Assembly: GCA_035385585.1 (NCBI GenBank)
Contig: DAOOKJ010000003.1
Location: 1 to 60,333 of the forward strand
Direction: 5' to 3'
Length of the DNA stretch: 60,333 nt
From: Minisyncoccota bacterium
GTDB lineage: Bacteria; Patescibacteriota; Minisyncoccia; UBA6257
The notes below the pieces were generated by a model. That model was given only the letters and a program-made list of their open reading frames with translations, searched no databases and was not told where the DNA came from. Position numbers and translations under genes: made by a program. This document shows positions 33,728 through 44,553 of this stretch, in pieces; within the stretch, counting starts at the first letter, position 1; every line of letters starts with the position of its first letter.

Positions 33728-35469
33728 TTTTTTTCAATATTTACTTTGATATTCAAATCTTTGTCTAAAGGAATCCATTTGTCAAAAGAAAAAAGAGTTG
33801 GCGACAAACTTAATTCATTAGGTAAAATCATTTTATAAAGAAAATTGATATTTTGACCGCTCTGTTTATAAATATTTGTTTCAACTAACTGAGGTAAATT
33901 TTCTTCTTTCAAATTAAAAGGCAAAACATAATCCAGGATTACCGGTGCTTGAAACAAACAAGCAAAACCGCCAACAACAAGCTTCCCGTTTTCTTTATAA
34001 ATTTCTGCATTTTCCCCTTCTCTTATAATCCTACTTTGTTCAATTAGGCTTAAATCGCTATCTTTCGCATAATTGAGTTTCTCATAATACCTGGAATTAT
34101 CTTCTTTTGCCACCTTAACCAATCCTTCAATCTTTAAAACATCAGCCCCCTCTGGCAGATAAATTTTTAAATAATTAAGAATTTTTTTATCAGCTGATGT
34201 TTTAGATTCTGCATTAACTATTAAGTGATTAATGTATTGACCTTCTTCTGTTATTTTTGTTTTTAAGATAATTTTTTTCAGGCGACTGTCGGTTTTTAAT
34301 TCTTTATCTAATAAACTAAATGCGACTGTCAAAAAATTACTGTAATTGTTTTCTTTACTCGCTTCTTCCTGTAAATATCTGGAAAAATACTGATTGAATT
34401 TTTTATCTTTAAAATAAAATTGGATATCTTTTTTTAATACCTGATTTTGAAAATCATCAATTAAATTCGTTATTTTTTCTGGCTTTTGGCCTTTCAGTTT
34501 CTCAAAAATTGAATTGAAGAAGGTGTCTAAAACCAGAGGACTACCGCGTAAAGGCCCCGACTTAAAACCAATTTCTGTTTGTTCTCTTAAAAACTCAGAA
34601 AAATTATTAGCGGTAACGGCATACGGATAATTTTCTATAGTAATTTCACCGAGAGCATTCATTATTGCTATAATAGTTTCAGGGTTAATTAAAATCACTC
34701 CATCAATTTTATCTTGGGTGCTTTCTTCGTAAAACTGGATGATTTTTTTGGCAGTAAAATCGAAATCGTAAAACCACCCTAAATCATGGAAAAACCATTG
34801 ATTAGAAATAGTTTTAAGAGGTTCTGGGGGAATTATTTTGGAAACGAAAATATTATCCAAATCGCTAATATGGCTGCCAGAAAAATTAATTTTGCCTTTA
34901 TCGAAACTTAATATTCCATAAGAAGAAAATATGCCCCCGCTTGGTCTAGGTATTAATGGATATTGAACCAAAACTAAATAATCCATTTTTTGATTTTCAC
35001 CAAAAAAATCCAAAAGAGTTAAGATATCTTGCTCGTAAGTTATATCAAGAGAAATATCTAATTTCTTTAAATCTTCAAAATTATTATAAAGATTTTTTAG
35101 ACAATTTAGATTTCCTTCTTTTTGATTTAAACCGTCCAAAAGAAATTCGAACTGATTTAAACAATCTAAATTATCAACAATTTCTGTAAAAGTTTCTTGT
35201 AATTTTACATCATCTTTTAGTCTGGGAATTAGACTGATAAATTTTTCTATTTCTCCCTTTGTTTGGCTCAGCCCTTCTTTTAAGTTTTTAAATTCCTCAA
35301 AAACATCCGAAATTTCTATTTGATTTTTATTTTTATTTTGTTCTTTTAATAATGTTATAATTTTCTCGTTACTATACCTTAAGTTGGTAATATAATTACC
35401 AAAATAAAAAATACCCCCCAGCAAAGCGAGAATAATAAGAAAAAAAGTTATTTTTTTTATCAGTCGCAT
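33724..35469 (-). CDS. Membrane-anchored hypothetical protein (DUF4012-like)
   Basis: N-terminal TM segment. The RPSGGIFSSYGILSFDKGKI segment resembles the DUF4012 core as I recall it; this was not verified. Confidence 0.5.
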   Translation of the reverse strand: MRLIKKITFFLIILALLGGIFYFGNYITNLRYSNEKIITLLKEQNKNKNQIEISDVFEEFKNLKEGLSQTKGEIEKFISLIPRLKDDVKLQETFTEIVDNLDCLNQFEFLLDGLNQKEGNLNCLKNLYNNFEDLKKLDISLDITYEQDILTLLDFFGENQKMDYLVLVQYPLIPRPSGGIFSSYGILSFDKGKINFSGSHISDLDNIFVSKIIPPEPLKTISNQWFFHDLGWFYDFDFTAKKIIQFYEESTQDKIDGVILINPETIIAIMNALGEITIENYPYAVTANNFSEFLREQTEIGFKSGPLRGSPLVLDTFFNSIFEKLKGQKPEKITNLIDDFQNQVLKKDIQFYFKDKKFNQYFSRYLQEEASKENNYSNFLTVAFSLLDKELKTDSRLKKIILKTKITEEGQYINHLIVNAESKTSADKKILNYLKIYLPEGADVLKIEGLVKVAKEDNSRYYEKLNYAKDSDLSLIEQSRIIREGENAEIYKENGKLVVGGFACLFQAPVILDYVLPFNLKEENLPQLVETNIYKQSGQNINFLYKMILPNELSLSPTLFSFDKWIPLDKDLNIKVNIEKK

Positions 35470-35515
35470 TTTGTTTCTTAAATATCTTACTATATTTTTC
35501 CAAATTTAGCAATTG

Positions 35516-35545
35516 TTGACTTTTCTTTTACTTTTATGCTATAAT
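35516..35545 (+). promoter_or_regulatory. rnpB promoter
   Basis: TTGACT-18 nt-(TGC)TATAAT, 6-7 nt before the RNA 5' end. Confidence 0.6.
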
Positions 35546-35551
35546 ATGAAA

Positions 35552-36018
35552 GGGTTTGTTGGGCAGTTGCTGAGCGTTCATTTACTTGGGCGCTTGGAGG
35601 AAAGTCTGAACATCCCTCTGTGCTTTAACAGAGACAAAAGCAGTGGTTAAAAGCCACCATTTTAAACCGCTTGATTTAATAACTGGTAACAGTTATTAAA
35701 GATGGTTTAAAAGAGAGGTGCGAACAGAGACGTTTTAATCCGAAAGGATTAAAACCCCCACTTTTAGAGGAGGGGTGAGCCCTGATAGTAATATCGGGGA
35801 TGAAACGGCTAAATCCTTGCTGGATGCAAGAGTCGTGCCCCCCACTTGAAATGGATAATTAAGTGAATCATGGTATCTTATTCTCAATTCTTGGTAATAA
35901 CCAATCCATTTCAAGTGGGGGGAGTGCTCGCTTGATTCCGATGGCAACATCGGAACTAGAAAAATAACTGCCTCCTTGTTTAATTCAAGAAGACAGAATT
36001 CGGCTTACAAACAAACCC
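35552..36018 (+). ncRNA. rnpB: RNase P RNA (bacterial type), enlarged to about 467 nt
   Basis: P1 pairing GGGUUUGUU/AACAAACCC, CR-I GGAGGAAAGUCUGAAC, CR-V GACAGAAUUCGGCUUAC. An extra perfect 18-bp helix at 35838-55/35905-22. Confidence 0.85.
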
Positions 36019-36030
36019 ATTATTTTATCA

Positions 36031-36060
36031 AAAATTCCGGCCAAAAGCCGGAATTTTTGA
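36031..36060 (+). terminator. Intrinsic terminator after rnpB
   Basis: aaaattccggc-caaaa-gccggaatttt followed by a T-run. Confidence 0.7.
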
Positions 36061-36402
36061 TTAGTATTTATTTAGTTTTTATCTATCTAGAAACAAAATT
36101 AATCAGAGAAGTCATTAGATTTTTTATCGTCTCTTTTATTAAAGCGAATTGGCTTTGAATATTTTCTAAGAGATTTGAGGACACAGGATTATTTAATACA
36201 AGATGGACATTCGCTATAATTATAACAAGCCTGCAAGATACCAGGCATAATCGCGGTATCCAGGGCAAACATCTCCTTCAAAAATGGTGACTTAACACAA
36301 CCAGTTTGAGTATGATAAATATAAGCTGAACTAATAATCAATGAACCTATAAATTTGTTTTATTAGAGTTAATATCAATAGTTAAATCTGGTTTTTGAAC
36401 TA

Positions 36403-37950
36403 TTACTTGCGGAGACAACTAAAACTTATAGTTTTCTTATTGTTATTTTCATTCAATTCAACTATATAATTATAAGGGTCAACTTCTGCTTCAAGGGTAT
36501 AATAACCCGGAGCTATACACTGCCAATCAAAACGTTCTGTTTCACGTGCGCCGGCGGGAAGTGAAGGATAAATTAAAGTCCCTACGCCTCCTGTGTTTAC
36601 TTCAGAAGGAGCCGAAATAACTTTCAAATTAACATAATTTGGGGAATCTGCTTGTAACTCTCCATCATTTTGTATCTCTATTTTAAAATTTATAGGTTTA
36701 TCCACTTCAGGGTAATCCGAGAGAACTATGCTCTTTACAATCAAATCTGGCTTCTGATTAACCGGGGTACCACAATTAATTGCTATAGGAAAAACATTAT
36801 TAGATTCATTTGATTCATCTATCGCTTGTTGACCATAGTAATAATCAACATAGACTTGCATTGCATAGCTTCCTCCAGTAGACGGGCATGTCCAAAAAGG
36901 CGCCGCGGGAAATTGGCTGGCTATTGTTTGACCTGGCGGAACTTGCCGAGTTTCCAGCCAAGAACTCACTGGTGTTCCGTCAATAGTGACACTAATATAA
37001 TATCCTTGATCAACAGTTGTATCACCTATGTTACGAACATATACCACAAAATCACTAATTTTTGTTCCTGGTGTTAGGGGTAAAGAGGGTTTAAATGTTA
37101 TTTTATCAATTACTAAATCAGGTTTTGCAGAAATTGGAACACAACCACAACACATTTCTATAATTTTTTCGTTATTATCTTCTCTTACTTCATTTATTAA
37201 ATTATCTTTATCAATTGATGCCTGAAATCCATAATCACCAGCGGTCCAAGAAGGACAATTCCAAGAAAAATTAAATTGTTTCGTTTCGCCTGCTTTTAAA
37301 ATAATCTCAGTATTGTATATTATTTGACTTCCCAAAAATACTTCTAATTTGGAAAAAGGAGCATTGCCTAAACCACTATTCGCTACTTTTAGAGTAAAAT
37401 AAACTGATTGTCCAGGCTGAGGAAAAGAAGGTGAATAATAAAATTCAGTTATTGTTAGGTCTGGTAAATAAGGAGTTGGATAAGAAGTAGTGGTAGTAAT
37501 AGTTTCGGTAGTGGTTGGCGATGGAAACCTTGAAAGATAAACTTCGCAAAGCTTCTGACGAGTTGCCTCATCTACAATTCCGCTCTGAGATAAATTATAT
37601 TTGGCCTGAAATCTTTTTAATGCCGTCTCGGTCAACCTTCCGAAATAACCAGTTACTAGCCCCTCGGGATAAATAGATTTGTCTTGTTTTAATAATTTTT
37701 GAAGTTCTTTTACCTCGGAAGTTGGCTCATCAAAATATCCTTTGCTTAAACCAACAGTAACAAATGGGCAACTTTTTAATTGTTGGGCCACAAGTTGACT
37801 TAATTGCTGTTGTAAATATTTAATTTGACTTTGAAGAGCCTCAATAAGTTTCTGTAATTCTTCTTGGGTTGCAGCAGATGATTGATAAAAAGTTCCAAAA
37901 AAGATAGTAAAAACGACTAATAAACTCAAAAATATTTTATATTTTTTCAT
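36403..37950 (-). CDS. Secreted protein with peptidoglycan-binding domain and three CARDB-like repeats
   Basis: Signal peptide. PG_binding_1-like LQKLL..GLVTGYFG..T..ALKRFQ. Three repeats begin with PDL(T/V/I)I... and show CARDB-like beta-sandwich patterns. Confidence 0.7.
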   Translation of the reverse strand: MKKYKIFLSLLVVFTIFFGTFYQSSAATQEELQKLIEALQSQIKYLQQQLSQLVAQQLKSCPFVTVGLSKGYFDEPTSEVKELQKLLKQDKSIYPEGLVTGYFGRLTETALKRFQAKYNLSQSGIVDEATRQKLCEVYLSRFPSPTTTETITTTTSYPTPYLPDLTITEFYYSPSFPQPGQSVYFTLKVANSGLGNAPFSKLEVFLGSQIIYNTEIILKAGETKQFNFSWNCPSWTAGDYGFQASIDKDNLINEVREDNNEKIIEMCCGCVPISAKPDLVIDKITFKPSLPLTPGTKISDFVVYVRNIGDTTVDQGYYISVTIDGTPVSSWLETRQVPPGQTIASQFPAAPFWTCPSTGGSYAMQVYVDYYYGQQAIDESNESNNVFPIAINCGTPVNQKPDLIVKSIVLSDYPEVDKPINFKIEIQNDGELQADSPNYVNLKVISAPSEVNTGGVGTLIYPSLPAGARETERFDWQCIAPGYYTLEAEVDPYNYIVELNENNNKKTISFSCLRK

Positions 37951-38036
37951 ATTTTTTATTGCTTAATTTTTTATTATATTTAAGTTAATTTGTCGACCGT
38001 TTTGAATGTTTCTTTAGTATATCACTTTTTTTCTTG

Positions 38037-39155
38037 TCAAGCCAAATAGGTTGGGTGCTGCCTCTTAATTAATTGCTTTTTTAATTCCTCTATCTCTCTT
38101 TCAAAAATCTCTTTGTGCCAATTCTTAAACCACCCCTCATTTTTAGAGATTTCATATAAACTCTTGATGAATTTAAGGCTATTTTTTAAATGCTTTAAAA
38201 TATCTCCTTTTTCCATCTCTAAACCATTGTCAACATAAGTTTGCCTAGCAGACCAGTCCCCTGGTTGGTCAGAGCCAGGCGGAAAAGTCAATAGATATTC
38301 TTCCAAAATTTCTTGAGGAATAATGCCAGCAATTTTTCTTATTTTTCCTGTTTCTCTAAAATAGGCTTCGTCAATTCCATAAAGCGGCATATCATAACCA
38401 TTAGAATATAAAGCGGTTAAATTTCCCCAGGCTAAAATTTTAACTTGAAAACCGTATTTCTCTGCTAAATTCTGCAGAATATTTAAAGAAGGAACAGAAA
38501 TAAAACCAGTGCAAACAATTGCTTTAATTTTAGTATTTTTTTGTTTTGCTACTTCCATTAATCTCTCAATGGCGATTTTTGAGGTGCCGCCACTTGCTTC
38601 GGTATCTGGTTTAATTACAGTTATTTCTTTATTTTCATCAAAATCTTTAAAATCTTCATAAATTAGTTCTAATTGACCACAGGTGCCGTTGTGATGCCGA
38701 TAAGAAGGCAATTTATAATGGGGCCTAATTCTAATTTTTAATAAATCGATTCCTATTTTTTTGAATCCCTCATAAAGACGATAGCCTGGCCCTGCTCTTA
38801 AAACATCATAAAGCAAACTATTTTTTGGATCTATCGGCCAAAGTTCGTTAATCGCTAACGCTGCCGCCTCGCCTATTTTTAAACATTTTTTATCAAGTTC
38901 TTTTCCTACCAAATGAGGAAATGAAGCAATTTCTTTTATTTCTTTTAAATAAAGAATATAAATTTCTATTGGATATTTTACTGATTGATATAAAGGGTTT
39001 TTAATTTTTGAAGGTTCTACTTTAAATAATTCTGCCTCTAAATTATTAGAAAAAGCCACCTTATTGGTGGCTAAAGTATCGAGTTTAAACTCATTTATTA
39101 TCTCTTCAATGTCAATTTGATTGAGATGGGACTTATAGTTTTTTATCATAAACAT
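38037..39155 (-). CDS. Hypothetical protein with phosphoribosyltransferase-like loop
   Basis: ITVIKPDTEASGGTSKIAIERL resembles a PRPP-binding loop. The rest is unassigned. Confidence 0.4.
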   Translation of the reverse strand: MFMIKNYKSHLNQIDIEEIINEFKLDTLATNKVAFSNNLEAELFKVEPSKIKNPLYQSVKYPIEIYILYLKEIKEIASFPHLVGKELDKKCLKIGEAAALAINELWPIDPKNSLLYDVLRAGPGYRLYEGFKKIGIDLLKIRIRPHYKLPSYRHHNGTCGQLELIYEDFKDFDENKEITVIKPDTEASGGTSKIAIERLMEVAKQKNTKIKAIVCTGFISVPSLNILQNLAEKYGFQVKILAWGNLTALYSNGYDMPLYGIDEAYFRETGKIRKIAGIIPQEILEEYLLTFPPGSDQPGDWSARQTYVDNGLEMEKGDILKHLKNSLKFIKSLYEISKNEGWFKNWHKEIFEREIEELKKQLIKRQHPTYLA

Positions 39156-39188
39156 TTCATATTTAATCTAAGTATCTATTTTAAGGGT

Positions 39189-39629
39189 TTAAAATAATTT
39201 GTCAAGAGAATTATCCAATGCCTTATTAACTAAATAGTCTGCTCTTTTGTTTTGTTCGCGGTCAATATGAATAAATTTTAAATAAGGAAAATCTATTTTC
39301 AAATTCCAAACTTCAATAAATAAAAAAATCAATTCTTTTTCCAAAATTTTATAATTGCCATTTAACTGATTAACTACTAAATCAGAATCAGAATAAATAA
39401 TTACTTCGGTATTTTTTAATTTTTCCTTTCCTAACAAATGTTTTACTTTTTTTAAAGCCGCAATAATTGCCTTATATTCAGCAATATTGTTAGTTGCTTC
39501 CCCTATCAATTCTTTATATTCTTTGCTGCCAATAATAAACCCAATGGCTGCTGGGCCAGGATTTCCTCGAGAACCTCCGTCAACATAAACTTCTAATTTA
39601 TTCATAAAGCAACTTAATTCGTTTTCCAT
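39189..39629 (-). CDS. rnhA: Ribonuclease HI
   Basis: VYVDGGSRGNPGPAAIG, NNIAEYKA, SDSDLVVNQ, and DREQNKRAD catalytic pattern. Confidence 0.85.
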   Translation of the reverse strand: MENELSCFMNKLEVYVDGGSRGNPGPAAIGFIIGSKEYKELIGEATNNIAEYKAIIAALKKVKHLLGKEKLKNTEVIIYSDSDLVVNQLNGNYKILEKELIFLFIEVWNLKIDFPYLKFIHIDREQNKRADYLVNKALDNSLDKLF

Positions 39630-40459
39630 GGGAACGGTTTATGAAGAGGCAAAACAAAACTTGCCGCTCCCTTATGTCCGCCTCCTCCATATTTTTCCGC
39701 AATTTTAGAAACATCAACTGAACCGTCTGAACGCAAAGAAATTTTTTTCTTTTTGCCATTAAGAGAGTAAATTATTGCGATTGGGGGATGTTTTTTGCAC
39801 AAAGCATTTCCCACTTCAGAAATTAAAACTGGCGAATTAACAGCTAACGCGCTATATCCCTCAAATTTCACCAAAATCGCCTGACAAATTATCTGGTTGA
39901 TTAAATACTGACGGTATTTTATCAATACTTCTCCTTGCTTTATTATCTTTTTTAATTCTATTTCTTTCTCTATTTTCTTTATATATTCTTGCCATTTTTC
40001 AAAATCATTTTCCAGTAAATCTATAACAATATTTAACTTTTCGCTAGAGGGTAATTTAAATTTCCACAAATCCTGGTCTTCAATGTAAAATAATAACTTT
40101 GGCACCTTTTTCTTTTTGAAGAAGTATTTAAAAGTTAAAACCGCGGCTGAATGGTTAATATCAACAACAAACTCGTCAACTAAATTTTTCAATTTCAAAG
40201 AAGAGAGATGGTGGTCAATTAAAATTATTCGATTCTTATTATTTTTAAGAATTTTTAATTTTTCTGGAGAGGGAGAAATATCTAATAAATAAACAGTTTT
40301 TCCCTTGATATCCAAAGACAAACCATTAAGATAATCGAAGCCTAAATAATTTGCTTTATCTTTAAACTTTAACCAAGCGCTAAAACAAGCGCCGAAACCA
40401 TCCGTGTCTGAACGATGATAAATAACAAAAACATCTTTATCTCTTTTTAGTTTTTTCAT
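39614..40459 (-). CDS. DHH-family phosphoesterase (NrnA-like)
   Basis: HRSDTDGFGA, LIDHH, and GGGGHKGAASF motifs in canonical order. Confidence 0.8.
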   Translation of the reverse strand: MKKLKRDKDVFVIYHRSDTDGFGACFSAWLKFKDKANYLGFDYLNGLSLDIKGKTVYLLDISPSPEKLKILKNNKNRIILIDHHLSSLKLKNLVDEFVVDINHSAAVLTFKYFFKKKKVPKLLFYIEDQDLWKFKLPSSEKLNIVIDLLENDFEKWQEYIKKIEKEIELKKIIKQGEVLIKYRQYLINQIICQAILVKFEGYSALAVNSPVLISEVGNALCKKHPPIAIIYSLNGKKKKISLRSDGSVDVSKIAEKYGGGGHKGAASFVLPLHKPFPWKTN

Positions 40460-40467
40460 AAATAAGC

Positions 40468-41652
40468 CTACGAAGAATAAAAATTAAGCGCTACTAACCC
40501 TGGCAATTTTTGACCAGCCAGAAAATTAAGCATAGCGCCGCCGCCGGTAGAGAAAAAAATATTTTCTTGAAATGGTTCTTTTATTTTTAAGAGTTTTATA
40601 GTTTTTAAAGTATCACCACCGCCTATCACTGAATTTGAAATCTTATTATTTAATATCCCCTCTAAAACTTCTTTCGTCCCTTCTCTAAATTGCCTATCTT
40701 CAACCTTCCCCATTGGCCCGTTGAAAAAAATCGTTTTAGCTTTTCCAATAAACTGTTTATAATTTTTAGCGGCAACAGGACCAATATCTAAAATTTTATC
40801 TGTTTTTTTAACGGCGCTTACATCTCGTATTTCCACTTTGCCTTCTTTGGATAAAACCATTAAATCACCTGGTAAAATTAGTTCTGCTTTTTTAAAACCA
40901 ATGACTTTGATTTTTTCTACCGCTAACGGAGAATAAAACGAGTCTCCGATTTCAAAGCCGAATGCTTTCAAAACTGTATTAGCAATCGCCCCTCCAATTA
41001 AAATATAATCTGCAATTTCAGAAAAATTTGAAAGCAAAGGAAGCTTATCTTCAATTTTGCTTCCGCCTAAAATAACTACCATTGGCTTTTGAGGGTTATC
41101 AATAACTCCTTTAAGTTTTGTGACCTCTTCTTCTAAAAGAAATCCTGGATAAGAAGGTAAAAATTTTGTAATGGCAGAAATAGTTGCTGATTGACGATGA
41201 GAGACTGAAAATGCTTCATTAATGTAGATATCACCTAATTCCGATATTTTTTTTGCAAACTTTTTGTCATTTTTTTCTTCTTCTTTAAAGAAACGAATGT
41301 TTTCTAAAAAAATTAACTCGCCATTTTTAAATTCTTGTGTTTTTTCTTTCAACTCTTTGAAATTTCTAAACGAAACAAAATAAACTTTTGTTTTTAATAT
41401 CTTTTCCAAATATCTGGCAACTGGCTCTAAACTAAAATCTTTCTGGAAAAAATCATTCGGAGTCGGCTGGCCCAAATGAGAGATTAAAATAATTCTTTTG
41501 GCCATATTTTCTTTTAAAAACTCAATCGTTTTTAAACTCCTTCTAACTCTAAAATCATCTATAATTTCCCCTTTATCATTAATTTCCACATTAAAATCCA
41601 CCCGCACTACAATATTCTTGTTTTTTACCACTGAGGGAGAAAGGTGATGCAT
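40468..41652 (-). CDS. pgk: Phosphoglycerate kinase
   Basis: VRVDFNV, SHLGQP, AFSVSHR, GGGDT... motifs. Confidence 0.95.
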   Translation of the reverse strand: MHHLSPSVVKNKNIVVRVDFNVEINDKGEIIDDFRVRRSLKTIEFLKENMAKRIILISHLGQPTPNDFFQKDFSLEPVARYLEKILKTKVYFVSFRNFKELKEKTQEFKNGELIFLENIRFFKEEEKNDKKFAKKISELGDIYINEAFSVSHRQSATISAITKFLPSYPGFLLEEEVTKLKGVIDNPQKPMVVILGGSKIEDKLPLLSNFSEIADYILIGGAIANTVLKAFGFEIGDSFYSPLAVEKIKVIGFKKAELILPGDLMVLSKEGKVEIRDVSAVKKTDKILDIGPVAAKNYKQFIGKAKTIFFNGPMGKVEDRQFREGTKEVLEGILNNKISNSVIGGGDTLKTIKLLKIKEPFQENIFFSTGGGAMLNFLAGQKLPGLVALNFYSS

Positions 41653-41722
41653 AAAACTACTGTATTTTCATATAAAAGATTAAAAACACATATCAAAGAT
41701 TTTGATATTTTCTTTACATTTT

Positions 41723-42505
41723 TTATTTCAAGGCATAATTTACAATTAGATTGACAGTAATCTCATTTGTTCCGGGCTCAATGGCTGAAACCGGAGTTGG
41801 AGCGGCGCCCATTGAGAGACTCGCTTCCTTAACAGCACTCCGATATAAAGGAACATATCCTCCTTCTTCAGAAATACTAATAATCTTTCCTATTTTAACG
41901 CCCGTTTCTGCTTCAAAAAGTTTTACTCTGTTTTTAATTTTATTAAAAGCCTCAACTCTGGCTAAATTCTTGTAATCTTCTTGGTCATCGATTTCAAAAC
42001 TGATATCAGATATTTCATTTGCGCCTTTTAAAGATAATTGCCCTACTAAAGAATTGATTTTGTCAAAATCTCTGATTTTAATTTCTATCGCCTGATCCAA
42101 CTGATAACCAATAATTTTTGGAGGACAACTGTTAAAATCCTTTGTATCTTTCCTACACCAAGAGTAATCATATTGCGGATTCAAAGAATAATTGATAGTT
42201 TTAATGTCTTTGTCTTCAATCCCCTCGCTTTTCACAAAATCCACAAGAGTTTTAATCTTTTGGTCGTTTTCTTTTTGCGCTTCTTCGGCTTTTTCTTTTT
42301 GAGTAATGACAGAAAAAGTTAATCTGGCAATGTCCGGTTTGGCAAAAACTTTACCTTGGGCTGAAAAGGAAATTACCCTTTCTGGATTAACAATATTTTC
42401 CGCCTGTCGCCAGTTTAAATAAGCCCAACTCAAAATTCCAATTGCTGTCACAATAAGAAAAATGGCTAAAAAATAAATAAGATAATTTTTAAATTTTTCC
42501 GACAT
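41723..42505 (-). CDS. SIMPL/DUF541-domain protein
   Basis: N-terminal TM segment. GKVFAKPDIARLTFSV...AEEAQKEN... pattern typical of the 26-kDa periplasmic immunogenic protein family. Confidence 0.7.
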   Translation of the reverse strand: MSEKFKNYLIYFLAIFLIVTAIGILSWAYLNWRQAENIVNPERVISFSAQGKVFAKPDIARLTFSVITQKEKAEEAQKENDQKIKTLVDFVKSEGIEDKDIKTINYSLNPQYDYSWCRKDTKDFNSCPPKIIGYQLDQAIEIKIRDFDKINSLVGQLSLKGANEISDISFEIDDQEDYKNLARVEAFNKIKNRVKLFEAETGVKIGKIISISEEGGYVPLYRSAVKEASLSMGAAPTPVSAIEPGTNEITVNLIVNYALK

Positions 42506-42529
42506 AATTTTTGTAAGATTAAATTTGAT

Positions 42530-43285
42530 TTATTGAACTAAAGATAAAATTTTCTTTAATTCAGTTTTATTAGTGGAGGCGCTACCGACCAAAACGCCAC
42601 TAATGTTTTTTAGGCTTAAAAACTCAATGATATTTTGGGCTTTTACTGAACCGCCATAAAGAATGGGAATGGATAGGGCTATTGACTCACTGAATCTTCT
42701 TAAAAGCCAAAAACGAATCAAATCTGAAATTTTTTCCGTTTCTTGAACAGTTTCCGGTATTTTGCCTCCAATCGCCCAAACCGGTTCATAAGCAATAATA
42801 ACTGAACTCTTTTTATTTAGTTTTATTCCCCTAAACGCTTTATTTAACTGGTCAAATAAAATTTTTTTAACCTTAAAATTAGAACTGCTTTCTTTTTCAC
42901 CTCTTTTCTCCTCACCGATACAAAGAATGGGAATTAAACCATTATTAAGACAACCTTTCATTTTTAGATTTATCATCTCATCTGTTTCTTTAAAATAATG
43001 GCGTCTTTCTGAATGACCAATAATCGCATACTCTAAAGATAACGATTTTAACATTTTAGGAGAAATTTCACCAGTGGCGAAAGTCCTATCCTGCCAAAAA
43101 ACATCCTGAGCGCAAAGAGAATATTTGTTTTGTAATATCTTCCTTGCCATTTCTAAATAAATAAAAGGCGGAGCAACAATGATTTTTAAAGAGGGGTTAT
43201 TTTTAACTAAAATTTTAAAAAGAACCTCTGCTTCTTTTAAAGAAGACGGAGACATTTTCCAGTTAAACACAAGATATTTCTTCAT
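42530..43285 (-). CDS. tpiA: Triosephosphate isomerase
   Basis: NWKM, IGHSERR, AYEPVWAIG, YGGSV motifs. Confidence 0.95.
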   Translation of the reverse strand: MKKYLVFNWKMSPSSLKEAEVLFKILVKNNPSLKIIVAPPFIYLEMARKILQNKYSLCAQDVFWQDRTFATGEISPKMLKSLSLEYAIIGHSERRHYFKETDEMINLKMKGCLNNGLIPILCIGEEKRGEKESSSNFKVKKILFDQLNKAFRGIKLNKKSSVIIAYEPVWAIGGKIPETVQETEKISDLIRFWLLRRFSESIALSIPILYGGSVKAQNIIEFLSLKNISGVLVGSASTNKTELKKILSLVQ

Positions 43286-43305
43286 TTAAATAAAATTATA
43301 CTTTT

Positions 43306-43761
43306 TTAAACTAATTTTACTCCTAAAATAGTTAAAAAGCTCACTATAATTCCGGCAATTAACACCCCTAAAACAATTAGCCAAAAAGCCTCTTTTTTCT
43401 TAAAGCCAAAAAGAAAAGCCGCCAAACTGCCTGTCCAAGCGCCGGTTAAAGGCAGAGGGATGGCAACAAAAATTACCAGCGCTAATTTTCCCCATTTCAA
43501 ATAACTATCTTGAAATTTTCTGCGTGTCCTTTGAAATAACCACTTAAAAAATCTTTCAAAAAACAGAAATCTTTTACTTAAAAAATTAGAGATACCTTCT
43601 AAAAAATATAAAATTGGCAAGATAGGCAAAATATTTCCCAAAACTGAAATTACAAATGATTTTATAAGAGGAAATTTATAGACTAAAATTGCCAAAGGAA
43701 TTGCGCCTCTCAATTCTACTAAAGGAGAAGCAGCGGTAAAAAAAACTATTAGTTCTTTCAT
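43306..43761 (-). CDS. Small membrane protein (putative small multidrug export, PF06695-like)
   Basis: 151 aa, 4 TM segments, VELRGAIPLA motif. Confidence 0.55.
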   Translation of the reverse strand: MKELIVFFTAASPLVELRGAIPLAILVYKFPLIKSFVISVLGNILPILPILYFLEGISNFLSKRFLFFERFFKWLFQRTRRKFQDSYLKWGKLALVIFVAIPLPLTGAWTGSLAAFLFGFKKKEAFWLIVLGVLIAGIIVSFLTILGVKLV

Positions 43762-43771
43762 ATTATCACTT

Positions 43772-44533
43772 TTAAGGAGTAATTACTAAGGCTTTATTTT
43801 TTAAAACCGCCACCGTTTTTTCGAAATGAACCGCTACTTCATTATTTAAGGTAGAAAAAGAACCATCACTATTTTCTCTAATCGCTCCATTTTTTAAAGT
43901 AATCATCGGTTCAATCGCAATAACCATTCCTTCTTTTAAAACTAAACCGGTATTTTTTTCTCCAAAATTATAAACAAGAGGGTCTTCATGAGGCTTATAG
44001 CCAACACCGTGGCCAACTAGTTCTTTCACCACCACAAAATTGTTCTTTTTGGCGTAATTTTCAATTGCCCAGCCAATATCCCCAATTCTTTTGTTTGCCC
44101 TGATAGTCTTTATGGCTTCATTCAAAGCCCCGCGGCCTACTCTAATCAGTTTTTGATAAAGAGATTTTACTTTACCGACGCCAACTGTAAGCGCCATATC
44201 GGTAAATAAATTTTTATATTTTATTCCTAAATCTAAAGAAACTACATCTCCATTTTTAAAAATCAAATCTTCTTTTGGCAAACCATGAACAATTACTTCA
44301 TTCACAGAAACGCATAAACTATTAGGAAATGGTTTTAAAGAAAAATCAGGCTTATAATTTAAAAAAGACGGTTCACTTCCACTTTTTTTAATAAGTTTAT
44401 AAGCAAAATCGTCAAGGTATTTCGCCGAAACGCCAACCTTCACTTCCAGAGCTACTCTCTTTAAAATTCTAGAAAGAATTCTCCCACCCTGTTTTAAAAT
44501 TTTAATCTCCTCTTTGCTTTTAATTGAATACAC
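43772..44533 (-). CDS. map: Methionine aminopeptidase type I
   Basis: VIVHGLP, D..lG, HGVG, EP metal-ligand pattern. Confidence 0.93.
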   Translation of the reverse strand: MYSIKSKEEIKILKQGGRILSRILKRVALEVKVGVSAKYLDDFAYKLIKKSGSEPSFLNYKPDFSLKPFPNSLCVSVNEVIVHGLPKEDLIFKNGDVVSLDLGIKYKNLFTDMALTVGVGKVKSLYQKLIRVGRGALNEAIKTIRANKRIGDIGWAIENYAKKNNFVVVKELVGHGVGYKPHEDPLVYNFGEKNTGLVLKEGMVIAIEPMITLKNGAIRENSDGSFSTLNNEVAVHFEKTVAVLKNKALVITP

Positions 44534-44553
44534 GATATATTTAAAAATTAAAA

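Noticed and set aside
35735-36158. Track ORFs 35735-35950 (-) and 35976-36158 (+).
   Set aside because: Both lie within or across the RNase P RNA gene and its terminator.
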